DNA from: a virus
IMG/VR virus record: IMGVR_UViG_3300047322_000252
Span: 1 to 64,000 of that record
Reading direction: 5' to 3' (one strand)
Length of the DNA: 64,000 nt
Notes under the pieces: generated by a model
What the model saw: the letters and a program-made list of their open reading frames with translations, nothing else
Databases searched by the model: none
Told to the model about the DNA's origin: nothing
Made by a program: the position numbers and the translations under genes
Shown: positions 36,103 through 46,033 of the stretch, piece after piece
Numbering within the stretch: the first letter of the stretch is position 1
How the letters are laid out: each line of letters starts with the position of its first letter

Positions 36103-37754
36103 GCATCAACTTCAACCCTCCGACCTACCGAGCCGCAGTCAGTGACCTGGCTATCGCTGTGTCCCCGCTGGGCCTGGTGGAGTTGGCCGATGAGGAGTTC
36201 GAGGTCCATGGCCCTCGGATGAACCGCTACGCCAGCAACTGGGCGTGGTACCTGGGTCATCACTGGGCCTACCGGCGTGAACTGGGCGAGCCGCAACTCA
36301 CCTTCAACTTCGTCAAGGCGTTCAGTGATTACATAACAAACTGGACCTTCGGCCGAGGCATCGAGTTCCATGCCCCCGAGGCCACCGGCCTGATCATCCC
36401 CCCGCTCATGAAGCGGGTGTGGGAGATCGACAACAACAAGAGCCGCCTGCTGTGGGAGATCGGCCAGCTTGGCTCCGTCAGTGGCGACGTGTTCGTGAAG
36501 GTGGCCTACGAAGAGGCCTACGTGGACCCGGCTGGCCGTGTTCACAACGGGCGGGTGCGCATCCTGCCACTGAACCCGGCGTTCTGCTTCCCGGAGTTCC
36601 ACCCGCACGACAAGAACAAGATGATCCGGTTTCGCTTGAAATATAAGTTCTGGGGGACTGCCCAGGACGGGACCCGTCAGGTCTACACGTACGTCGAGCT
36701 TCTGACCGATCAGATGATCGAGGAGTACGTCAACGACGAACTCATCGATCGCCGTGAGAATCCGCTGGGCACCATCCCCATCACGCACGCTGCCAACCTG
36801 CCGGTGGCGTCGTCGCCGTGGGGCCTCGGTGACATCAACGACATCATCACGCTGAATCGTGAGTACAACGAGAAGGCCACCGAAATCTCGGACATCATCA
36901 ACTACCATTCGGCGCCGGTCACCGTGATCATCGGGGCCAAGGCGGCGGGGCTAGAGAAAGGCCCCAAGAAGATCTGGGCCATCGGCAACAAGGACGCCTC
37001 GGTCACCAACCTGGAGTTGGAGACGAACTTCGCCGGGCCGCTGGGCTACATGGAACTGTTGAAGCAAAGTATGCACGAGATGATGGGCATTCCCATGGGT
37101 GCGCTGGGCCAGGTACAGCCCATCTCGAACACCTCGGGCGTGGCGCTCCAGATGCAGTACCAGAGCATGATGCCCCGGTACCACCAGAAGAAGGTGCAGT
37201 ACACGCCCTTCTTCAAGCAGATCAACGAGCACATCATGCTGCACCTGGCAGTCTTCGAGCCGCAGGCGCTCCAGTACAACCCCTACCTGTCGAGCGTGCG
37301 GCCCGAGCCGGACCAGGCGTTGGCGCTTGATCCCTCCGACCCGCTGACCTACCGCACCGAGATCTTCTGGCCCGATCCCATGCCGATGGACCGGCTGTTG
37401 AAGATCAACGAGATCCAGGCCCTGATGGCGATGAGCCTGGAGTCCCGCAAGGGTGCGCTCAGGGACCTGGGCGAGCAGTTCCCCGATCAGAAGCTGCGGG
37501 AGATCTTCGAGGAGATGTTGGAGGACATCAAGGAGCAAGGCGCTCTCGATCTCATCCGCATGCAGGCCGCTCAGTTCCAGATGGCGACTACGGGTATGAC
37601 GCCGGACGGACAACCCATCCTGACACCAGAGGGCGGCGCAGTGCCGTCCGCACCCATCGATCCTGCACTCGCTCAGGAGATCATGGAGCGTGCGTTCCAA
37701 GAGATGCCGCCCCAGACGATGGACTACGACACCACCGACACTTCGAGCGAGTAG
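36099..37754 (+). CDS. Portal protein (SPP1 gp6-like)
   Basis: 551 aa between terminase and scaffold; SGVAL motif. Confidence 0.9.
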   Translation: MSINFNPPTYRAAVSDLAIAVSPLGLVELADEEFEVHGPRMNRYASNWAWYLGHHWAYRRELGEPQLTFNFVKAFSDYITNWTFGRGIEFHAPEATGLIIPPLMKRVWEIDNNKSRLLWEIGQLGSVSGDVFVKVAYEEAYVDPAGRVHNGRVRILPLNPAFCFPEFHPHDKNKMIRFRLKYKFWGTAQDGTRQVYTYVELLTDQMIEEYVNDELIDRRENPLGTIPITHAANLPVASSPWGLGDINDIITLNREYNEKATEISDIINYHSAPVTVIIGAKAAGLEKGPKKIWAIGNKDASVTNLELETNFAGPLGYMELLKQSMHEMMGIPMGALGQVQPISNTSGVALQMQYQSMMPRYHQKKVQYTPFFKQINEHIMLHLAVFEPQALQYNPYLSSVRPEPDQALALDPSDPLTYRTEIFWPDPMPMDRLLKINEIQALMAMSLESRKGALRDLGEQFPDQKLREIFEEMLEDIKEQGALDLIRMQAAQFQMATTGMTPDGQPILTPEGGAVPSAPIDPALAQEIMERAFQEMPPQTMDYDTTDTSSE

Positions 37755-37787
37755 TGTCACAACTGGGCCTGAAAGAGGTATGACAAC

Positions 37788-38609
37788 ATGAGCCAACTGG
37801 ATACCGGGAGTGGGTTCATCCAGGGACAGGGCGTCGAGCCTGCGCAGCCTCGTACGGCTGCTGACGTGCAGGCGCCGCCCCCGCAGCCTGGACAGAACGG
37901 TCCTCTCGTGATCGTGCAGGGTGGGCAGACGGGACCGGGGCCGACACCGCAGAACGGTCGCTTCTACTCGGAAGAGGACGTCGCCCGCATGCGGGAAGAG
38001 ACGGACGGCCGTCTGGCCGAGATGCAGGCGCAGCTACAGCAACTCACCACCGACCGGGAAGAGCGGGAGGCCGCTGCGCAGGCTGAGCGTGATCGTCTGG
38101 CGCAGGAGGCCCGTCAGGCGTCCGAGGCCGAGATGGATGTGCGCACCCTGCTGGAGACTCGGGACAAGGAGTGGAACCAGCGCATCGAGGCGATCGAAGA
38201 GCAGCGCCAGCGGGACCAGGCCATCTTCGAGCGGGAGCGGGAGTGGAACGAACTCCAGAACTACCGCCGTGCCCGCATCGAGCAGGAGGAGCAGTTCCTG
38301 CTGCCCGACCTGCGTGATCTCATCCAAGGCAACACCGTGGGCGAGATCGACCAGGCCATCGAGGACATGAAGCAGCGCACCCAGACCATCGCTGCCAACT
38401 TCCGAGAGGCCATGACGGATGCTCGTCCTCTCGCTCGTGGAGCGGCCCTCACCGGCCAACCGTCCATGGGTGGTCCGATGGAGCAGCAGCCTGGTGTTGA
38501 GCAGATCAGCATCCAGGACATCAAGGGCATGGACAACAAGACGTACGGCCAGTACCGGGACCGCCTGATGCGCTATGCGACTCAGAGCGGCCAAGCACCA
38601 CCGCAGTAG
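37788..38609 (+). CDS. Capsid scaffolding protein
   Basis: E/Q/R-rich coiled coil directly before the capsid gene. Confidence 0.85.
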   Translation: MSQLDTGSGFIQGQGVEPAQPRTAADVQAPPPQPGQNGPLVIVQGGQTGPGPTPQNGRFYSEEDVARMREETDGRLAEMQAQLQQLTTDREEREAAAQAERDRLAQEARQASEAEMDVRTLLETRDKEWNQRIEAIEEQRQRDQAIFEREREWNELQNYRRARIEQEEQFLLPDLRDLIQGNTVGEIDQAIEDMKQRTQTIAANFREAMTDARPLARGAALTGQPSMGGPMEQQPGVEQISIQDIKGMDNKTYGQYRDRLMRYATQSGQAPPQ

Positions 38610-38630
38610 TCACAACAAGAGAGGATTCTC

Positions 38631-39983
38631 ATGGCAGATACCGCCCTCGGCTCCCCGTTCCCATCGGGTTCCGCCGTCACTGGGACCGAGCAGGTCGCCG
38701 GTGGCGGTCCCGCCAGCGTCTACACCAGCGCTGTCGGCTACTACGGCCCGACCGGCCCCAACAACAACCCCAACACCGGCTATGGCGTCGCTCCCACCAC
38801 TGGCACCACCATGATGGGTCCGGCCATCCAGGTGATCTGGAGCAAGGAGATCTTGTTTCAGGCCATGCCGGTCCTGCGCTTCGAGCAGTTCGCCATCAAG
38901 AAGACCGAACTCGGGGTGATGCCCGGACTGACCGTGAACTTCATGCGTTATAACAACTTGCCGATCCCGTCGGGACCGCTGGTTGAGGGCGTCCGCATGC
39001 GGACCTACGCCCTGTCGGCGCAGCAGTACCAGATCAAGGTCGCTGAGCAAGGCTTCGGCGTCGCCGTGACGGAACTGCTCCTGAACGCATCGTTCGATGA
39101 CGTCATGGCCTCGGCCTCTCGTCTCCTCGGTCGCAACATGGCGCTGTACATCGACACGCAGGCCCGCACCTCGCTCCAGCGCTCCACGTCGGAGGTCTAC
39201 GGCTACGCCAAGCCCACGGCCATCAACACCGGCTACGGCGTCTACGAGCCGGGCACGGTGGCCCCGAGCTACGCCGCTGTGACGGCGGGCGGCGGCGGCT
39301 ACTTCCTCACGATGCACACGATCAAGGACGCCGTCGAGGTCCTGGCGTCCAAGAACATCCCCCGCATGGGCGAGACGTACGTGTGCTTCGTGCATCCCCA
39401 CCAGAGCCGCCGTCTGCGTGACACCCCGGAGTTCATCGAGGTGACCAAGTACGCATCGCCCGGGAACTTCATGCTGGGCGAGATCGGGCGTCTGAACGAC
39501 GTCGTCTTCATCGAGACGACCCAGATCGGTGCCCCGTTCAACAAGACGGTGTGGCCTGCCACGCTGGCCGACGACCCCTCGGTCGCCCAGGCCTACTGGC
39601 GGCAGGACACCCTGGGTGTGGCTTCTCCGGCCACGCCGGACGTGTCGATCGACCAGCCGCAGCCCGCAGGCTCCGGTGTCGGCCCGCCCAACCTCGGTGG
39701 TGCTGGTGTGGACACCAACCTGGAGTACGCCTACGTCGGCCCCGGCGCTGTCGCCACCCCCGGGTGGGGTCAGTACTGGCCTGGCGGTGGCCCTGCGGGT
39801 CTTCCGACCTACGAGGGCCTCATGGTCGGGGACAACGCCTTCGGGCACGCCATCAGCCTCCCCGTCGAGCTTCGTGACGGCGGCGTTCTCGACTTCGGTC
39901 GTGAGCACGCCCTGGCGTGGTACGGCATCTGGGGCTTCGGCACCATCACCGACTCGGCGGTCGTTCGCCTCGTCACCAACTGA
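38631..39983 (+). CDS. Major capsid protein (N4-gp56-like, HK97 fold)
   Basis: YVCFVHPHQ, GEIGRL..V.FIET, DFGREH..AWY motifs. Confidence 0.93.
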   Translation: MADTALGSPFPSGSAVTGTEQVAGGGPASVYTSAVGYYGPTGPNNNPNTGYGVAPTTGTTMMGPAIQVIWSKEILFQAMPVLRFEQFAIKKTELGVMPGLTVNFMRYNNLPIPSGPLVEGVRMRTYALSAQQYQIKVAEQGFGVAVTELLLNASFDDVMASASRLLGRNMALYIDTQARTSLQRSTSEVYGYAKPTAINTGYGVYEPGTVAPSYAAVTAGGGGYFLTMHTIKDAVEVLASKNIPRMGETYVCFVHPHQSRRLRDTPEFIEVTKYASPGNFMLGEIGRLNDVVFIETTQIGAPFNKTVWPATLADDPSVAQAYWRQDTLGVASPATPDVSIDQPQPAGSGVGPPNLGGAGVDTNLEYAYVGPGAVATPGWGQYWPGGGPAGLPTYEGLMVGDNAFGHAISLPVELRDGGVLDFGREHALAWYGIWGFGTITDSAVVRLVTN

Positions 39984-39999
39984 GCACACTCGTATGCAC

Positions 40000-40035
40000 A
40001 GAGGGGGGCGGCTTCGGCCGTCCCCCTCTTGCCTT
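40000..40035 (+). terminator. Terminator after the capsid gene
   Basis: AGAGGGGGGCGGC TTCG GCCGTCCCCCTCT hairpin. Confidence 0.8.
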
Positions 40036-40049
40036 GAACAGGAGCAACC

Positions 40050-40973
40050 ATGGCATCAGCCCGCCAGCCCGCAGGAACGCCAGAGACAGTCGATCCCTCC
40101 GTCGAGGGGGGTGAGGTCACGCCCGGCATGACCACCATGGCCGAGATGTTCGGCACGCCCCAGGTCGTGGACGAGGTGCAGGAGCTACCCATCCAGCAGC
40201 CGCTGGGTGAGGCCGTCTGGGTCGTGCGGCCCAACGCCGACATCGAGGAGATGACGGTGGGCCTCCCCGACAACCACTTCAACATGAAGGCGGGCACGAG
40301 GTACAGGGTTCCCGAGCGAGTGGCTCAGATCCTGTATGAAAGGGATCAGTTGATGGAGATGCCCATCCGGTACGACGAAGCCCTACAGCGGAGGTAACCC
40401 ATGAGCCTGGTCACTGTCCACGGCCCCAACACGATGTACACCACCGAAGGCGGGGGAGCGTCAATCCCGTCGTCCGGGGGCGGCATTGCCCAGGCCACCA
40501 AGAGTCCCACCAACGGCCTCCAGTTCTCCTTCTCGGTGCCCAACCCCGGCGCCCGCCCGGCTGCCGACTTCGACTGGACCTTCACCGGCCCTGGCAGCCC
40601 CGCAGCGCAGCCCGACAAGTTCAGCGGCACGGTGCTCTTCACCGGGGCCGGTGCGGTCAGCATCATCTGCACGGTGGCGGCGGGTGCTGGCCCGCCTGCT
40701 GGTGGCACCTACACCGTCAACGCCACGGCGACGGCGGGCACGCCTCGCATGGTCGAGCGGAGCGCTGAGCCGGACATGAGCAAGCCAGCGTTGAAGCCCG
40801 AGGAGTCAACGCCCGAGGTGGAGGTGGGCTACGACCCCGCCGCTCACACCGTGGACGAGGTGATCGAGTACGCCGAGGAGCATCCGGACCAGGTCCCCGA
40901 CATCTACGCCGCCGAGCAAGCGGGCAAGCAGCGCTCCACGCTGTTGTCACATCTGGAGCACATGCAGGCGTAG
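40050..40973 (+). CDS. Two head accessory/decoration genes (40050-40397; 40401-40973, Ig/PKD-like plus small helical C-domain)
   Basis: Strong RBSs; position after capsid; DP..HTVDEV..Y...E..GK.RSTL domain. Confidence 0.7.
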
Positions 40974-41003
40974 GGACCCATTGACATTGACGTAGGAGCA
41001 CAC

Positions 41004-42551
41004 ATGGTCAACAGGGCCGGTTTCATCGTCCAGAACGCCGTCACGGCCGGGGCCAACCTGGACCTGGCTGAGCCTGACGCTCTCGACTTCAACATGCTGG
41101 GCAACATCCGCCACGGTGTGCTTGGTTCGGACCCGAACGCCTGCAAGGTCAGTGTCAATGGATCGAGCTACACGATCACCGTGGCGCCGGGTGTCGCCGT
41201 GGTGGACGGGGCACTCGTGCGGACGGGTGGGACGGTCCCCCTGCCCGGACCCTCCCAGTCACCACGGTTCGATCTGATCACGGTGGATGGGGGCGGGACT
41301 GCCGGTGCCATCGTCGGCACTCCCGACCCGAACCCGGTCTTCCCCGACTACGACGACACGGTGACGGTGCTCGCCGCCATCATGATCCGGCCAGGTGGCA
41401 ACTACCCGCAGGCCGGGGACGTGACCGACAAGCGGCTCATGCTGATGCAGCGGTTCGTGACGGCGGTCAGTGCCGGGTCGCTGCTCCACAACGGCAACCC
41501 GGCCAACCTGGCCCCGCTGTTCGACATTGACTTCAACGGGCGCATGGTGTGGGACGGCGACGGCACGGCGTTGGAGCGCACCAGCACCAAGACCTTGCGG
41601 GTCGGGGACAACCTGGTCGTGGCGGGCACGCTCTCTGCTGCCGCTATCGCAGCGGTCGGGGACCTGAACGTCAGTGGCGACATCATCGCCACCAACTTCC
41701 TCCAGGGCGCTGGTCCCCCTTCGGGCACGGCCACCCTCGGGGACCTCTACAAGAACCTGACTGACGGGTCAATCTGGGCCTACCAGACCACCGGCTGGGT
41801 GCAGCTTTCGACGGTGCCCATCCCTGCCGGTATGACGATGATGGGCTTCATGACCACCGCTCCAGCGGGATGGCTGTTGGTCAACGGCCAGACCATCTCC
41901 AAGGCGGCGTCAGGAGGCCTGTGGGACGCCCGGCCCGACTGGCAGCTTCCTGGTGGCACCCAGATGAAGCTCCCCGACGCCCGGGACTGCTTCTATGGCT
42001 GGGGCGCTCCCGGTGTGAGGTTCGGCAACGTGGCACCCCAGGTGCAGTTGACCGTGGCCAACCTGCCCCCGCACAAGCATCTGGTCAGTCCCACGACGGA
42101 CGCAGGAGGGGCGCACGGCCACACGGTGAGCCAGACCCCGGCTGGGGCGCACAGCCACACCACCGTGCAGCCCAGTGGCGCCCACAACCACTCCATCTAC
42201 GACCCGGGGCACTCGCATCCGCCGCCCCCGGACGCCGACGCCTACGTGACCCGCACCATCGGTGGTGGCCCGAAGCGGCTGCTGGATGGCCCCTGGGACG
42301 TGGGCTTCGATCCGGGTACGGGTGTGAACGTCGATGTGTACCAGCACGGCACCACCGGCATCCAGACCACGACAGCGGGGTCCAACCACGACCACCCCAC
42401 CGACGTTCAGGGCAACCACACCCACGGCTTCGCCATCGATTCCGGGGGCGCAGCGCACTCGCACCCCATCAGCGAGAACACCATCGGCTCTGGGATTCCG
42501 ATCGACATCCGCCCGCCCGCCATGGGCATGTACCTGTTCGTGAAGATCTGA
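41004..42551 (+). CDS. Tail fibre with collar domain and HxH repeats
   Basis: IPAG...APAGWLLVNGQ collar, LT.ANLPPHKH, repeated GAHxH. Confidence 0.85.
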   Translation: MVNRAGFIVQNAVTAGANLDLAEPDALDFNMLGNIRHGVLGSDPNACKVSVNGSSYTITVAPGVAVVDGALVRTGGTVPLPGPSQSPRFDLITVDGGGTAGAIVGTPDPNPVFPDYDDTVTVLAAIMIRPGGNYPQAGDVTDKRLMLMQRFVTAVSAGSLLHNGNPANLAPLFDIDFNGRMVWDGDGTALERTSTKTLRVGDNLVVAGTLSAAAIAAVGDLNVSGDIIATNFLQGAGPPSGTATLGDLYKNLTDGSIWAYQTTGWVQLSTVPIPAGMTMMGFMTTAPAGWLLVNGQTISKAASGGLWDARPDWQLPGGTQMKLPDARDCFYGWGAPGVRFGNVAPQVQLTVANLPPHKHLVSPTTDAGGAHGHTVSQTPAGAHSHTTVQPSGAHNHSIYDPGHSHPPPPDADAYVTRTIGGGPKRLLDGPWDVGFDPGTGVNVDVYQHGTTGIQTTTAGSNHDHPTDVQGNHTHGFAIDSGGAAHSHPISENTIGSGIPIDIRPPAMGMYLFVKI

Positions 42552-43539
42552 TGCCCTACCGCAAGCCCGACGAGGGCATCATCCAGCAAGCGGTGGAGCT
42601 TTCCTCCGAGGGGCTGGAGGAGATCCCCTACGCCTCGGAGATCGTGGACAAGGGGCCAGGCGGTCCAGGCCTGGACCCGGAGTGGGAGCCAGCATGACCG
42701 ACATCGTCGCCCCTGCGGAGTGGTTCGTGCCGCCGTACCCGAAGGCCCTGGTGCCCGACTACTCGGGCTACGCCCCGGGTGCCGTCAGCGGCGCAAGTGG
42801 TGGGACAGGAGCCGCTGACGGCGGGGCATCTTCGCAGGTCCCTACGAGCTACGACCTCTCGTGGGTGGCTGGAGACACCGTCGAGTTCAAGTTCTTCTTC
42901 CCGAACGTGTGCTGGGTGGAGGTTGATCCCGGCTCCACGCAGGCGCTGTGGGAGTACACCACCTGGCGCTCCCAGGTCCGCACGTCACACTATTACTACT
43001 ATGGCTACTGGTGGCCTCCCACTTTCCCGATGGGTGCTCGCATCATGGAGTTCGTCTGCACCGCTGAGTATGTGGAGGACGATCCGGACAAGGGCACTGG
43101 CACCTGGGTCACCCTTCGGGGCGGCACGTCGTGGCCTGGCGACTTCAAGTGGGATCTCCAGTCCGAGGCCCACACCAGCACCCTCGATCCGTACTTCTAC
43201 GAGGCCCACACCTGGTACCAGGGCAACGTCAAGGTGCTGCCCCAATACACCTCACCCACGCTGTACCCGCCGAGCAACTGGCCGGTCTACTCCTTCGACT
43301 CGAACCCCTGGCCGCATCAGGGGCCGTATCTCTACCCGTGAGGTGAGGAGGTGGACATGCAGGTCAGGGTCGATGTCACCGAAGACGAAGGCGTGCGTGT
43401 TACGACAACCTACGGGCCGGTCCTGTTGTCCGTAGTCTTCGACCTGGCCGACGAGGAGGCAGTCATCGACGTCATTCGCCAGGGCTTCGCAGATGCCCGC
43501 AAGCTCCATGAGGAGAAGGTCCATGTGCTCCCCGGCTGA
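42551..43539 (+). CDS. Three virion-region genes (42551-42697; 42694-43341; 43357-43539)
   Basis: Overlapping ORFs; 42694-43341 is Trp/Tyr/Pro-rich and beta-sandwich-like. Confidence 0.65.
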
Positions 43540-44326
43540 GATCGCTCAGAAGGTGCGCTACAAGCTGAGGGACTTCGGGCACTACTTCGAGGTGCCCTAC
43601 ACAGCGGCGCCCATCTACACCATGCGGCTGCCTCACCCCCTGGTGGACAAGGACAAGATCACCGTCTGGCAGCCCGACTCCACGGAGATCCCGTCTGGCC
43701 CAGACACCTGGGAACTGGACCAGCGCAACGGCATCATCAAGTTCCGGGACCCCAACACCATCGCTGACGGCGTGGGCGTCTCGGGCTATTACTACGAGTG
43801 GTTCCTGGACGAGGACCTGGAGTACGCCGCTGGCATCATGACCAACCAGCACCTCTACGACTCCGACAAGGCTGACAACGGCAGCGACTTCTCGCCCGTC
43901 GAGTGTGATGTGCTGGCGACCGGCGCTGCGGCTCAGGCGTACTACGCCCTCATGGCCGAACTGTCCCTCGACGTTGATGTCTCAACACCAGAGGGCATCA
44001 GCATCCCCGCTACGCAGCGCTTTCGCCAGGCGACGGAGATGGCGGGGCACCTCGCCCAGGTCTACACCGACGAGGCAGCCATGCTGGGTGTGGGCCTCAA
44101 CAAGGTGGAGCAGTTCTGGTTGCGCCGGGTGGCCTACCTCACCAACCGCCTCGTGCCCATCCTGCGGGAGCGGGAAGTGGATGATCCCCATCCTCCGCTG
44201 CGACTGCTGCCGCCCATCCCTGCGGGCCTCCAGGACGGCGAGGGCGACGCCGTCTACATGCCTGAGCCGCCTGGTGGCATCGGCTACGGCGGCTGGACCA
44301 CTCTCGGTACGAGTGGGTTGCCATGA
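43523..44326 (+). CDS. Head-tail adaptor/neck protein
   Basis: Position; DVSTPEG.SIP..QRF motif typical of actinophage myovirus neck proteins. Confidence 0.65.
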   Translation: MCSPAEIAQKVRYKLRDFGHYFEVPYTAAPIYTMRLPHPLVDKDKITVWQPDSTEIPSGPDTWELDQRNGIIKFRDPNTIADGVGVSGYYYEWFLDEDLEYAAGIMTNQHLYDSDKADNGSDFSPVECDVLATGAAAQAYYALMAELSLDVDVSTPEGISIPATQRFRQATEMAGHLAQVYTDEAAMLGVGLNKVEQFWLRRVAYLTNRLVPILREREVDDPHPPLRLLPPIPAGLQDGEGDAVYMPEPPGGIGYGGWTTLGTSGLP

Positions 44327-44862
44327 TCGACACCCGCCGAGAGGCCGCTCACATCGCCAGGGAGATGGCTCGTTATCACAACGAGATCGGTGAGGCCGTC
44401 ATCTGGTTCAAGTTCGACACCGAGAACAGCCACTATGACCGGGTCTACAACGAGGGGGGCAAGGCCTGGAGGCGGGGCCTGAGCGTAGCCACGCTGTGGA
44501 TCGACCAGGGCGAGGCTCCGGAGCAGTACCTCCCCGAGGGGCGCCGTCCCTACGTGACGCTGCGCTTCGCCGTGTCGGCGGTGGCCCTCATGGAGTCGGG
44601 CGTCGGCCAGCAAGAGGCCCACGGCCATCGGGTCTGGGACCAGGGCCTGCTCCAGGACTTCTGGATGGACGACCGGAACAACGACGTCGTGTACTACGAC
44701 GGGCGATACTGGGAGGTGTCCAACTTCCAGATCCGGGGCCGCATCCAGGTGGACACCGTGGTCGGGGTGACCTGCACCGAGACGTACCCCGAGGATGAGT
44801 ACACCTTCGACTTCCCGCCCAACACTCGACCTCCGGTGCTCAACCCTCTGAGGGAGGACTGA
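44323..44862 (+). CDS. Head closure/neck protein
   Basis: Position; D.VYYDGRYWEV beta-rich motif. Confidence 0.6.
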   Translation: MIDTRREAAHIAREMARYHNEIGEAVIWFKFDTENSHYDRVYNEGGKAWRRGLSVATLWIDQGEAPEQYLPEGRRPYVTLRFAVSAVALMESGVGQQEAHGHRVWDQGLLQDFWMDDRNNDVVYYDGRYWEVSNFQIRGRIQVDTVVGVTCTETYPEDEYTFDFPPNTRPPVLNPLRED

Positions 44863-46033
44863 TGGCTGCCCCCGGCTCCGCTACCGCAACGGTCTGGCCC
44901 GACTGGGCCAACGGCTTCGACAACTGGCGTGAGCAGGACGCCGAATGGCTGCGCAACCGCATCGTCAGCCCCTTCCCTGATGTCGCAACACGTGACACCA
45001 TCATGAACCCGGTGGCCAAGAGCTTCGGCATGATGTCGATCCTCCAGGCGGGGTCGGTGGCCGGGGCGCCGGACTTCTGGAACGGGGCGGCGTGGGAGTC
45101 CATTCGGTACCCCAACCTGAACGTCACCTCGGACGCCACCAGCGTCACGTTGAAGCGCCAGGGAGCGGGGTCCGGCATCCAGTTGATGAACGACGGCTCC
45201 GTGAACACGGTGAAGAACGTCGTCGGCACAGGTGGCATCGGCTACGTGGGGGACACCACCGGCATCTCCATGAAGATCGGCGCCAAGACGGTCAAGTTGG
45301 CCACCGATGCCACCCAGTTGACCATCGACTCCCCCGTCTCGATCGCTGGGGGACTGACACTGACAGGCGCCCTTAGCGTAAATAGCGTAAATGTGACGGC
45401 GGGGCTGACCGTGGGGGGCACCCTCGGCGCTCAGGCCATCACGGCGACCACGCTCACGGCCAGCGGCCTGGTGGCGGGTGGCAGTGTCAATGGTGGAGAT
45501 GCACAGTTGGCGACGGTGGGCATCTTCGGTGTGCTGCGTCATCGCAGTGGCGGCACCGGGGTGGTGAGCGTGGGGTCGGACTCCACGTTGAAGATCGATG
45601 GGGCGAGCCTCGCCGTCAACCCGCCGACCACTTTCGCTGGCACGATCACGGCCAATGGGGTGACCAACTTCGTGGGGCAGCCCAACTTGGCCATCACAGG
45701 CAAGACGTCGGTCATGGTGGCGGGCATCGTCGCCGTGGCGGGCAACACGCCACCAGGGTCGCTGAACGCCCCTGACGGAACCTTGTACGTCACCTACTAG
45801 GAGGACCCATGAGCGACAAGATCTACTTCCCGCCCGAAGGCACCGACAACCCGCCCGACCCCGAGACTGGTCGGGTCATGGCGGCGCTGGACGCCATCGA
45901 GGCTCGCCTCATCCAGGAGGTCGAAGGCCTCTTCGTCCAACTCGGCGCCAAGGCCGAGGGCGTCAAGGCCCGGCTCGATGCCATCATGGCCAACGTCGAT
46001 GCCAAGATTGACGAGATCGCCGCTCGTCGCTGA
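44862..46033 (+). CDS. Fibre-like Gly/Thr-rich protein (44862-45800) and small coiled-coil protein (45809-46033)
   Basis: Beta-repeat composition; C-terminal DGTLYV; GGAGG RBSs. Confidence 0.7.

Noticed and set aside
32190-39983. Intein or intron in terminase, portal or capsid
   Set aside because: ORFs are continuous and of normal size; no intein termini or homing endonuclease motifs, including in the capsid insertion
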